A stretch of DNA of 64,000 bases from Mayamaea pseudoterrestris (taxonomy: Eukaryota), in contig BROI01000001.1 of assembly GCA_027923505.1 (NCBI GenBank), positions 124,001 to 188,000 on the forward strand, given 5' to 3'. The notes beneath the pieces were generated by a model. It was given only the letters and a program-made list of their open reading frames with translations, did no database searches and was not told where the DNA came from. The position numbers and the translations under genes are program-made. Shown one piece after another: positions 34,354-43,747 of the stretch. Position 1 is the stretch's first letter; the number at the start of each line of letters is the position of its first letter.

Positions 34354-37300
34354 ATGGAGCAGGAAAAGATGCTTGTCAATGCAGCGGACAAGAGCACGAC
34401 GGCGCCTTCTTCAAGCAATGATGCTCCAGTATCCTTTGTGAACAATGACGCGGCGGAAGAATCCGAGGAGGAGGAAGAATCGGAGGAGGACGACTCGAGC
34501 GACGACGAAGACGACGCCGATTCACTCACGGAGGACGAACAAGACGCTGCGGATCACGACTACCTTCAGTATCTGTCCACAGATCACTACGACGAAGACG
34601 CACTGCCCGAACATGCTTGTCGCTACTGCGGCATTCACGATCCATCCTGCGTCGCCAAGAGCGTGGACAGCAACAACAAGTGGTTCTGCAACGCGTCGGC
34701 GCGCACCAGCGGCTCCCACTTGATTCACCACTTGGTCAAGAGTCGATGCCACCAGGTGCAACTGCATCCCGATAGTCCATTGGGAGATGCTGTACTGGAG
34801 TGTTACAATTGTGCAACTAAAAATGTCTTTGTACTAGGCTTTGTTCCCGCTACTACGAACAGTGTGGTCGTGCTACTGTGCCGCGTCTGCGTGGAAACAG
34901 TGCCGGCGCTCAAGGACATGGACTGGGAGCTATCGCAGTGGTGCGCGCTCATTCAGGACCGCAAGTTTTTGCCGTGGCTCATCAAGGAACCTCACGAAAA
35001 GCTCATGCTCAAGGCGCGCGAAATTTCAGTGGCGCAAATGGGACGCATGGAGGAACTGTGGAAGCAAGATCCGGATGCAAAGTACGCGGACTTGAGTCGT
35101 CCGGAGCTTGTGGAGGAGGAGCAACTAACGCAGACACGGTTGCACTATGAGGATGGCTTTCACTACCAAAACGTCATTGCGCCATTGGTCAAGATTGAGG
35201 CTGACTATGACAAGGCCATGAAGGAAAGTCTTTCCGAGGAATCTGTATCGTTGCGCTGGGACAAGTCGCTGGCGGGAAAGCATGTCATTACATTTACCTT
35301 TCATCGGATTGAAGCTGAGCAAAGTCGCATTGTCGTTGGCGACGAATTGCGCGTCAAGCTTGGACCGGGCGCCGAGTTTATGCATGGCGGTCCATGGGAA
35401 GGCAGAGGTTATGTGAAAAGCATTTTTGACGGTGAGATTGAAATGGAACTTCGGGCTGGAGGTGGACGCGTACCAAACTGTGTCACAGACGACTTTGTTG
35501 TCGAGTATGTTTGGAAGAGTACGTCGTACGATCGCATGCAGAATGCCTTGAAAACCTTTGCGATTGATGATACTAGCGTGACTGGATACATTTATCACAA
35601 GTTGCTCGGACACGAGGTTGCTGATCAAGTCATTACCAATGCCAAGGTGCCGACAAAGGAGAAGGACTTTGTAGCGCCGGGCTTGCCGCCCTTGAACGAG
35701 TCGCAAATGGCGGCGGTGGCAATCGTTTTGCAGCGTCCATTTTCATTGATTCAAGGACCTCCAGGGACTGGCAAGACTGTTACTAGTGCAACGCTTGTCT
35801 ACCATCTGACTAAGCAAAACATGGGTCAAATCCTGGTCACTGCTCCTTCCAACGTTGCGGTTGACCAATTGACGGAAAAGATTGCAGCCACTGGACTGCG
35901 CGTGGTTCGCGTCGCGAGTAAGACGCGCGAAGCCACGACGAGCTCGGTTGATCATTTGTGTCTTCACATTATGGTGCCATTGGCTGCAGGCGACGAATTT
36001 AAGAAACTTCAGCGTTTGAAGGAAGAGATTGGTGAATTGACGGAACGAGACATGAAAAAGTATCGCATGCTCCAGAATCGCACGGAACGCGAGATTTTGC
36101 AGGCGGCCGATGTGATTTGCACCACTTGCGTTGGTGCAGGCGACCCGCGTTTGAAGAACTTTCGCTTCCGTCAAGTGTTGATTGATGAAGCGACACAGGC
36201 GATCGAGGCGGAGGCGCTTATTCCGATTGTTATGGGAGCCAAGCAGGTCATCTTCGTGGGCGACCATTGTCAGCTTGGACCAGTGGTGATGTGCAAGGCG
36301 GCGGACAAGGCTGGATTGACGCGATCGCTTTTCGAACGCTTGGTTATCGCGGGTAACCGTCCGATTCGACTCCAGGTGCAGTATCGCATGCACCCTGCCT
36401 TGTCGGAGTTTCCGTCCAACATGTTTTATGAAGGAAGTTTGCAGAATGGAGTCACCGAAGCTGATCGTCAGCTCATGGATCTTCCAGACTTTCATGGCAA
36501 GGAAGACTTTCCCTGGCCCAATCCCAGCAAGCCAATGTTTTTCTACTCAATTACCGGAATGGAGGAAATGTCGTCGTCTGGTGTCTCGTATTTGAATCGG
36601 ACAGAAGCGTCGCACGTGGAAAAGATTGTCACGCACTTGCTGCGCATGGGTTGCTCACCGGCGCAGATTGGGGTCATTACTCCGTACGATGGACAGAAGA
36701 AGTACGTTTCCGAATACATGCGTCGGGCCGGTGCCTTGTCGAGCAGTTTGTATGAAGCTGTCGAAGTTGCTTCCGTCGATGCTTTTCAAGGACGCGAAAA
36801 GGATTTTATCCTCGTGTCATGCGTCCGTTCCAGTGAGACGCAAGGAATTGGTTTTCTGTCGGACCCTCGCCGTTTAAATGTTGCCTTGACTCGCGCTCGT
36901 TTGGGTATCATTCTTCTTGGTAATCCTCGTGTCTTGAGCAAGAATGCTTTGTGGGCTGCGTTGCTCATTCACTTCAAAGAGAATGATGCCTTGGTAGAAG
37001 GTACACTCAACAATTTGCAGCCATGCTTCTTGACGATTACTCGCCCACGTCAGAACATGGTGGGTGATGCTCGCTACGCGTTTACGGCTCTTGCTCGCGG
37101 CGGATGGGACGGACGCTGGGACGACCGTCGCCCAGAGAATGATGCGCCAGGCTTTCGCATGCATGGAAATAGTCGTGGCCGTGACGTGCAGACGGATTCA
37201 CGCTTTGACTCGCGCTACGAGAATGCTGGAAATTTTCAAGATCAAATTCCCAATGGAATGCCGATTCCAAGCTTTGCTCCGCTGCCGAACTACTCTGGCG

Positions 37301-37476
37301 CCGATGACTTGAGCAGCGTCGGCGGTGAAAGTGAATATGGGTCTCAATTCGGTGGAAGTCGTGCTTCCTTTTACTCACAGCGCATTAAGGACGACCGCGG
37401 ACCGTCGCTTGGCTACTTTGTGAGTGCTGGATATGGTGCTGGTGGCAATGGGAGTGGCAAGAATGGACGACGTTGA
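34354..37476 (+). CDS. UPF1: Regulator of nonsense transcripts 1 (UPF1 RNA helicase)
   Basis: CH domain (HACRYCGIHDP, LECYNC) plus QGPPGTGKT, DEATQ, QYRMHP, VDAFQGREKD and RRLNVALTRA. Confidence 0.98.
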   Translation: MEQEKMLVNAADKSTTAPSSSNDAPVSFVNNDAAEESEEEEESEEDDSSDDEDDADSLTEDEQDAADHDYLQYLSTDHYDEDALPEHACRYCGIHDPSCVAKSVDSNNKWFCNASARTSGSHLIHHLVKSRCHQVQLHPDSPLGDAVLECYNCATKNVFVLGFVPATTNSVVVLLCRVCVETVPALKDMDWELSQWCALIQDRKFLPWLIKEPHEKLMLKAREISVAQMGRMEELWKQDPDAKYADLSRPELVEEEQLTQTRLHYEDGFHYQNVIAPLVKIEADYDKAMKESLSEESVSLRWDKSLAGKHVITFTFHRIEAEQSRIVVGDELRVKLGPGAEFMHGGPWEGRGYVKSIFDGEIEMELRAGGGRVPNCVTDDFVVEYVWKSTSYDRMQNALKTFAIDDTSVTGYIYHKLLGHEVADQVITNAKVPTKEKDFVAPGLPPLNESQMAAVAIVLQRPFSLIQGPPGTGKTVTSATLVYHLTKQNMGQILVTAPSNVAVDQLTEKIAATGLRVVRVASKTREATTSSVDHLCLHIMVPLAAGDEFKKLQRLKEEIGELTERDMKKYRMLQNRTEREILQAADVICTTCVGAGDPRLKNFRFRQVLIDEATQAIEAEALIPIVMGAKQVIFVGDHCQLGPVVMCKAADKAGLTRSLFERLVIAGNRPIRLQVQYRMHPALSEFPSNMFYEGSLQNGVTEADRQLMDLPDFHGKEDFPWPNPSKPMFFYSITGMEEMSSSGVSYLNRTEASHVEKIVTHLLRMGCSPAQIGVITPYDGQKKYVSEYMRRAGALSSSLYEAVEVASVDAFQGREKDFILVSCVRSSETQGIGFLSDPRRLNVALTRARLGIILLGNPRVLSKNALWAALLIHFKENDALVEGTLNNLQPCFLTITRPRQNMVGDARYAFTALARGGWDGRWDDRRPENDAPGFRMHGNSRGRDVQTDSRFDSRYENAGNFQDQIPNGMPIPSFAPLPNYSGADDLSSVGGESEYGSQFGGSRASFYSQRIKDDRGPSLGYFVSAGYGAGGNGSGKNGRR

Positions 37477-37853
37477 ACGTGTTTGAAGAAATTTGTAATT
37501 GACAAATGATTTATTTGTAATCACAAGTGTTTGGCCTCAACCCTTGATTCTGGTTCGATGCTTTGTTGAATTTACGATGGTTGACGAGAGACTTGTGGCG
37601 TGGATGCTGCGTATGAGCCCGGTTGGTCTTGCTTGGTTTCCGCCATCGGATCGATACTGTGATGGGACGACGAATGAGAAGGCGCAACAATTTTTACTTG
37701 AGTATAGCGGCTGCAACGGAGGGCTTAGTAAAAGAGTGGGATAGTAGCTTGACGAATAGTATTAGAAGAAATCATTGTGGTGTCTATTTATGGTAAATCT
37801 GGCGTTGCGTTGCGTTGCGCGAATGATTATATTGACTCGTATCCAGAGCATGC

Positions 37854-39194
37854 TTATAAAGAATTAGTGACAACAAGCTCACTTTCATGTCCAAACGTGT
37901 CATTGAAAGCTCCTTCCAGTTCCTCCGAATCCAAGGCGAGCTCTTCTTCGTCACCCAAAGCGTTCGAGTCCGACGGGTCCTCCTGCGAGGCAAAATCTTC
38001 CCACTCGCCTTCCTCATCGTAATTGGTGCTGTTAATGTTGTTGCTTAATGCAGCAAAATCATCTTCATCGGGTTGCTGCACCAGAGTGTCGTTCTTCATT
38101 TCGTTGTCACCTTGCCCCACTTGCGACGAACCATGCCAATCTTTGTCAGCAGCAACGTTAACAGCTCCACTAACACTTGTCCCGGCTTGTCTTATATGCG
38201 TAATGGGCCGCTCCAACTTTTCACCCAATCGCACCAAACTCCCCTGTTCGGTTGGCTTGAGAATCATGGGATTGGCCTCAAAGTTCAAGCTGTCAAAGTT
38301 GCCTTTCAGTACAGTCGCTGCCGTGATTGGCTTTTGCAAGTCGCCCTTGGTTTTCACGAGCTTGCCTTTTGGAGTTGGTTTCAACAAGGCTGGATTCACG
38401 TCAAAGTTGACGCCCATACCTTCCGGCTTGTAGCAGTGCGTCACGGGCTTGCTCAGCGAGGTGCCACGCTTGACGGCGTGGCCGAGCGGCGTGTTGCGTA
38501 AAACAAAGTGGGGATTGGCTTCAAAGTTGACATCGGCCAGTGGATCCTTTTGCACCATGGTGATGCGTTTGGCCAAGTCGTGGCCGCTACGAACGGCACC
38601 TCCCTGCTGCGTGGATTTGAGAATCATGGGAGTGGCTTCGGCGTTAAAGTCGTCCATGGTGCCGCGCAAATCTTTATCGGTTGCCTTGGTGATGGGCTTT
38701 TGCAAATCTCCCGTCGTCTTGGCCTGATGACCTGACCATGACTCCTTCAGCAATGGTTTCACGGCCCAATCGGGTTTCTCCCACTCAATCGCCTTTTTCT
38801 TCTTGTCATGTTCCGATCCACCGAGATGGACTGGAGAAGTTGAGGCATTCGTCGGTCGAAGTTTTCGTTCCTTGGTCGCCCATTCAGGCTGCTCCCAACC
38901 AATAGGTGTCTTGTGATCGGAGACGCTTCGACCGAAGGCGGTAGTCGGCGTTGCTTGAGTCATTGTAGGAGACGACGTTGTCGTATGGAACGTGCTTGTT
39001 TCGAAAACAGACGAAGACGTGCGGCGGGCGTCGTTTCTGATGGACGGAGGAGATGGCGAGACCAGATTCATGCTCGCAGTCGCTGCCGCAATATGTTCCA
39101 TGTCTTGGTCATTCAAAGCATCCAAATTGCTGCTCGACGACTCTTGCTCGTTGCAAATCGTGACTTCATGTTCTTGCGCAATCGTGGAGGACAT
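37854..39194 (-). CDS. Hypothetical protein with ~6 copies of an unnamed ~40 aa repeat (family member A)
   Basis: WEQPEW and WEKPDW, followed by repeats of NFEANP..LK.T..G..VK.G..L.KPIT. Confidence 0.8.
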   Translation of the reverse strand: MSSTIAQEHEVTICNEQESSSSNLDALNDQDMEHIAAATASMNLVSPSPPSIRNDARRTSSSVFETSTFHTTTSSPTMTQATPTTAFGRSVSDHKTPIGWEQPEWATKERKLRPTNASTSPVHLGGSEHDKKKKAIEWEKPDWAVKPLLKESWSGHQAKTTGDLQKPITKATDKDLRGTMDDFNAEATPMILKSTQQGGAVRSGHDLAKRITMVQKDPLADVNFEANPHFVLRNTPLGHAVKRGTSLSKPVTHCYKPEGMGVNFDVNPALLKPTPKGKLVKTKGDLQKPITAATVLKGNFDSLNFEANPMILKPTEQGSLVRLGEKLERPITHIRQAGTSVSGAVNVAADKDWHGSSQVGQGDNEMKNDTLVQQPDEDDFAALSNNINSTNYDEEGEWEDFASQEDPSDSNALGDEEELALDSEELEGAFNDTFGHESELVVTNSL

Positions 39195-39996
39195 TTTGAT
39201 GCTATTTTTGTGACTTGATCTTTCTATATTTCAAGAGTAGAAAAGGCAAGGCGTAAGGCTCGCAGTTGAGAGTAAACAAAGCTCTTATGCAAAACAATCT
39301 TGGCCAAAAAGTCGGAGACTTTTTCGGTCAGTGAAATGGCGACCAGCGACGAGGCCATTTCCGAAAGGGTCATTCGTCGGAGTCACTTCCAGTCACGCTT
39401 TCGAGAACCTATGCGACGCGATGCAACATGATGCCCCTACCGGTATGCATACTACTGTATCTAACAAGCTGCACTGCGGCAAGGTTGCGGCACTTTATTC
39501 GGAAAACTGGCGACGACAACGACAAAGATATTGAAGAGGAGCGCATGGGCTGGCTTCCTTCATGCTGCCATCGGCTGGCCCTCTCGCTAGGGTAGTTGAG
39601 GTGCTCAAGCTGGATGGACTGACGTCAATAATTGCTAATTGCGCGCTGAAGAAATTGGTGCAGCAGTCAGCAGTTTGGTATCTGATGCCGAAGCAGAATT
39701 TACTAGGAGATTGAAGTATGTAATATGAGCTCATCGGATAAATGTAATAAAGCTGGCACCCCAGATGCCAGATGTGACAATGAAAACATGGCGGGAGAGT
39801 AATTTACTTTGCCGACGGTACTTTGTCTCATTTTTTAACCGTTGATAAGCCAAAGTTTGGGCTCTTTCTCAGCGGATGAGGGATGAATCTCATCCAATTC
39901 GTTGTCGGAGGAAATCCTTGTAATCGTGGATGGCATAAATCAAAAAGTGTGCCACCACATTCACGAATCTCGAAAACTGGACATTTGGCACGATCA

Positions 39997-40697
39997 ATGA
40001 CTCTGAACTTCAATCAGTATCCTCCAATCGTGACCGATGACGCCCTTTTGATGAAAGGTGAGGAGAGAATGACTGTTCGCTCATGTCGACCGTTATAATG
40101 GGCAATATAAGACTCTGGTAATCGTGATACAGCTACACGCTCAATTCAGATGCTCATTCGACTCACGCCAATTTGGCGCCTTGGCTGACTTTTGCTGGTC
40201 CCGTTGATTACTGTTTTAGGAGTAACTGCCCTCATCGAATTTACCTTTTTGACGGCATGTGCGATCGGCCTCCTTCCGACAGTGACAGCTGCGGCAATAC
40301 AGGCTGGAATCGTACCCAAGACACACTCAGCGACGACGACAGAGCGGCCACCATACACGAAATGCTGGAAGCACTAGAGGCACTTCGATTGCAGGAAGAA
40401 GCGACGGCGACAGCCAACAACCCCGACCCCAATGATGAATTCATGCACAACATTTTGAGTGTAGCAATTAACATTGCCGCAGAGTACGAAAATGACGAGA
40501 GCGAAGGAGGGGAACATATCGGAGTTGAGGCGACGAGTGGTGGAAGTTCGACCGAAGACATCGACGAGGACGGCGACCAAGCACATTCAGTCAATGCCAA
40601 TGAAACCGAAGCAACAGGGCAGCAGCACGGCGCAGGGGCTGACGATAGATCTCGCGACAGAGACGATACGTCGAACAGTGAAGCTGATGACATATAA
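39997..40697 (+). CDS. Small hypothetical protein, Cys-containing N-terminal half and acidic C-terminal half; intron 40058-40149
   Basis: A GTGAGG...TTCAG intron joins MTLNFNQY...LMK in frame to ORF 40173. Confidence 0.45.
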
Positions 40698-40974
40698 AGG
40701 CAAAGTATGGACCAAGCAAGTACGATGGTGCATTTTGTCCCACATTTTTGAAAGCATTTTTGGGCACATTTTGATGCATGCAGATGTTTCATTCGTGATA
40801 TATCTTTTGCAGACAATGTACAAACGGAACAGTAGAGCTTTGACCTGTTTGTAAATTACTTCATCAGATATTCTCTACAATACTCCTCATCAAACATAAC
40901 TTGCTGCTAAACAAAAGTTCTGCGCGTCGAAAAATATGCTGTGATGCGCCGCGCAATGACCGACCCCACTGCAT

Positions 40975-42198
40975 CTACCTGATACGCATTTCAGCCCAAG
41001 GAAAGCCCAACTTCTTTAGCTTCTCTTCACGTTCATCCGTCAACGGAGTTGGCCTTCCATTTCGCTTGTCAAGACCATATCTTTGCTGCAATATACACCA
41101 TGCACGCAAGCTTGTATTATGCCTCGTTGGTGGAAGGGTTCTGTGGGAGAGGCGTTGGAACTCGGCGAGTTCATTGTATTTCGCCAACCAAAGTGCTTCC
41201 GGCCGACTCCAGCAAAATTCCAATTCTTCGAGGCGACGAATCCGCTCTGGTGTCATGGAGCTTCTCGGATCACCTTCCTGATACATTTTGTAGCTTGATC
41301 GCTGATAGGCGACCCATCGAGCCAAGGATGGATCAGCTGCCCATTTCGCCGGAACGTTGGATGTCATATTGTTGCGATAGTAAGATACCAATCGTTCATA
41401 TTGGTGCATCCACATGGATTCATTCAAGTCCCACGTGAAGCCTATGGAATTCAGTAGACGTATACGCCCCGGCGTCATGCTCGTGTACTCTGATTCTTGG
41501 CGTTGGGTTTGATCGGAGTCTTGCTCGGAACGACAAGCGTTGCTTAGATAATCACCATTCTCGCCAGCTTCTCTATCGTCAATATTGTTCATTTGGTATA
41601 CTTTGTAGTGATGACGCTGTTGCACGCACCATCGAAAAAGCCTTTGATCGTCTTCTGTCACTAACTGCTCCATTTCCATGTCGTGGGGGAAGCATCGATG
41701 TTGTTTCAAAAACGTTTTGAGCTGTGCGAATTGTGAATTCCAATACTCATGATATGGGCCAAGTGAAAGACTCATATTGTACTTTTGCAAGAGTGTCGTT
41801 AATAAGTATTCCCGGTCGTCCGAGAGGATAAGGTGCGTGTGGCCCTGCTGCTTGCGTTGACACAAGAGTTGCTGTCGGTCCAGCCAGTTTTGAAGTTCAT
41901 CAGGAAACTGCAATTCTGATTTATCAACATGACTCATCTGTTGAAGATAATCCCGTAGCCTGTCGAAGGTTTGATACCATTGCTCATGGTGATAAAATGA
42001 GGATTTGTGAAGGGTTGTCGATGTCGGCCTTTGAGCTGCTGATTCCGTGTCATATATGTGGCTGAAACTAGGGATTCGATCGCTTGCGGAACTCAAACGA
42101 GCAGCATACTGGAACCAGTATTTGTCAAGCGTCGATCTCCTAGCAAAAGATCGAAAGATATCAAAGGAGGCGGTTCGAAGCAGCGGCCGAAGCGTCAT
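40975..42198 (-). CDS. Helicase-associated (HA) repeat protein, possibly organellar
   Basis: About 4 repeats of W...Y..L..Y......VP......L..WV..QR........ER...LE.LGF.W. Arg/Ser-rich N-terminus. Confidence 0.85.
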   Translation of the reverse strand: MTLRPLLRTASFDIFRSFARRSTLDKYWFQYAARLSSASDRIPSFSHIYDTESAAQRPTSTTLHKSSFYHHEQWYQTFDRLRDYLQQMSHVDKSELQFPDELQNWLDRQQLLCQRKQQGHTHLILSDDREYLLTTLLQKYNMSLSLGPYHEYWNSQFAQLKTFLKQHRCFPHDMEMEQLVTEDDQRLFRWCVQQRHHYKVYQMNNIDDREAGENGDYLSNACRSEQDSDQTQRQESEYTSMTPGRIRLLNSIGFTWDLNESMWMHQYERLVSYYRNNMTSNVPAKWAADPSLARWVAYQRSSYKMYQEGDPRSSMTPERIRRLEELEFCWSRPEALWLAKYNELAEFQRLSHRTLPPTRHNTSLRAWCILQQRYGLDKRNGRPTPLTDEREEKLKKLGFPWAEMRIR

Positions 42199-42564
42199 CT
42201 TCAAATTGTGAGGAAGAAATTGCAGTCTCGCTCAGAATGTCGTAGCGTTATTAAAAAAATCGCTGCGACATGGTCACCCGACATCCTTTCATCCTAGCGC
42301 TCGCTCGTCGACACGCCGATGACAACTATCTCACCACTATTGCTCCTATAAAGGCATATACTTGTACATGCTTGTTAAACCAGTCAGCGGTGTTTGCGGT
42401 AGGTCAGCGAAATACAAGAGTAGCGCGAAATGTCCCGTTATCAGTTTGTACCACTACCCCAATCATGTTTGGCTTAACAACCGACAGCCCATTCCCTCAC
42501 ACTACATAAGGCACTCTACTACGCATACACGACATCGTATTTAGAGTGTATAACATACCGCCCC

Positions 42565-42607
42565 CACTGAGCCGAGTTCCATTCGCCAATGGCAACTCGA
42601 ATCAGTG
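42565..42607. other. Imperfect hairpin downstream of RPL7
   Basis: Nested pairings CACTGA/TCAGTG, CGAGTT/AACTCG and CCATT/AATGG around a 4-nt loop. Confidence 0.6.
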
Positions 42608-42712
42608 TTTGGAGTAGGGTCGGATTTTCAGGGAAAAAATTACAGTGTAACGCGTCGCGACGCGATTCATCTATAGTACTATCATGTTGCACCCGACTTG
42701 CGCGAGCGCATC

Positions 42713-43432
42713 TTAAATCATCTTCTTGATGAGCTTGTTAATCTCCTCTCCGCGAGCACCAGCTTCTCCTCCTTCCATAAAGTGAAGCATCTTGGTCTTG
42801 TTGGAGAAGCCTCCATTCGGCGAGGAGAGCTTGAAGGGCCAGAGAAAGTTGTTGGCTTCCTTGAAATGGGGTCCAACCGTGACAATCTCGTGAATCAAAT
42901 CGGCAGTGCAGCGAATATCAAACTTGCCGAGTCCTTGCTCAATGACCGAGTTGTCGGCAATGGGAATGCGCTGCTTGTTGAGCTTGCCGAATCCACGCTT
43001 GTAGACGAGCTTCTCCACCGTCGCCTTGGTAGGGTATCCGTAGGTGCAGTACGGTTCAATCAGTCGCAGCATGCGAATGGTAGCTTCGTTGAGCCTGACA
43101 AAGGTGGCGTTGTGCAGCTGCCGCAGGCGAAAGAGGCGCATCACCTTCTTGGCCTTTGGTGAGACACCAATGGTACCGCGGATGCGGACCACCAAGCACA
43201 ACTTGGGTTCCGCTGGAACATAGAAGCCGCCTTCCGCCTTGGCCTTGCGACGATTGTCAATGGCGTCGCGCTCCGTCTGGGTGTACTCGGCGTCGTACTT
43301 TTCGGCGTTGGCCTTGAAGGTTTCGGCGTCAAAGACGGCCTTGGCTTCGGCTTCCTTGGCGGCAGCGGCGGCGGCTTCAGCGAGCTTTGCTTGCGTAGCT
43401 TGCTTCTTGAGGACGGATTCAGGAGTCTTCAT
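42713..43432 (-). CDS. RPL7: 60S ribosomal protein L7 (uL30)
   Basis: PESVLKK, FYVPAEPKL, LRLIEPY..YGYP and GPHFKEANNFLWPFKL motifs; strong codon bias. Confidence 0.97.
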   Translation of the reverse strand: MKTPESVLKKQATQAKLAEAAAAAAKEAEAKAVFDAETFKANAEKYDAEYTQTERDAIDNRRKAKAEGGFYVPAEPKLCLVVRIRGTIGVSPKAKKVMRLFRLRQLHNATFVRLNEATIRMLRLIEPYCTYGYPTKATVEKLVYKRGFGKLNKQRIPIADNSVIEQGLGKFDIRCTADLIHEIVTVGPHFKEANNFLWPFKLSSPNGGFSNKTKMLHFMEGGEAGARGEEINKLIKKMI

Positions 43433-43747
43433 GGTGTTAAAGTAGTGTATAGTAGCCTCGGCTATTGCTTCTTGCAAGAAAGTGAACAAGTAAAGCGTCG
43501 AAACGAACGGTCGAGGTTCAAGTAACGCGGTAAGTTGATTCGTGAATACATCATCGGAGCGGTACTTGATCCATCAAGCACTGTGGCTTAATATGTAGTC
43601 TTTTACCGCTGTAAACGAGAATGTACTCTTTTCATCCTTGCCAGACTTCCGCCTCTGATGCAGCCCCAGTGCGATATTTGAACGCGATGACGCTCGGCCA
43701 AAATAGAAAGCTCACTCGACCATGATGAAACAGGCTCGCAAAGCAAT

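Noticed and set aside
35125..36495. Long antisense ORFs (193 and 250 aa) opposite UPF1, and similar ones opposite other genes
   Set aside because: Shadow ORFs caused by codon bias of the sense gene; no recognisable motifs.
40731..40775. Four CATTTT(T)G units about 12 bp apart
   Set aside because: Short, degenerate AT-rich 3' region; not a CRISPR or satellite array.
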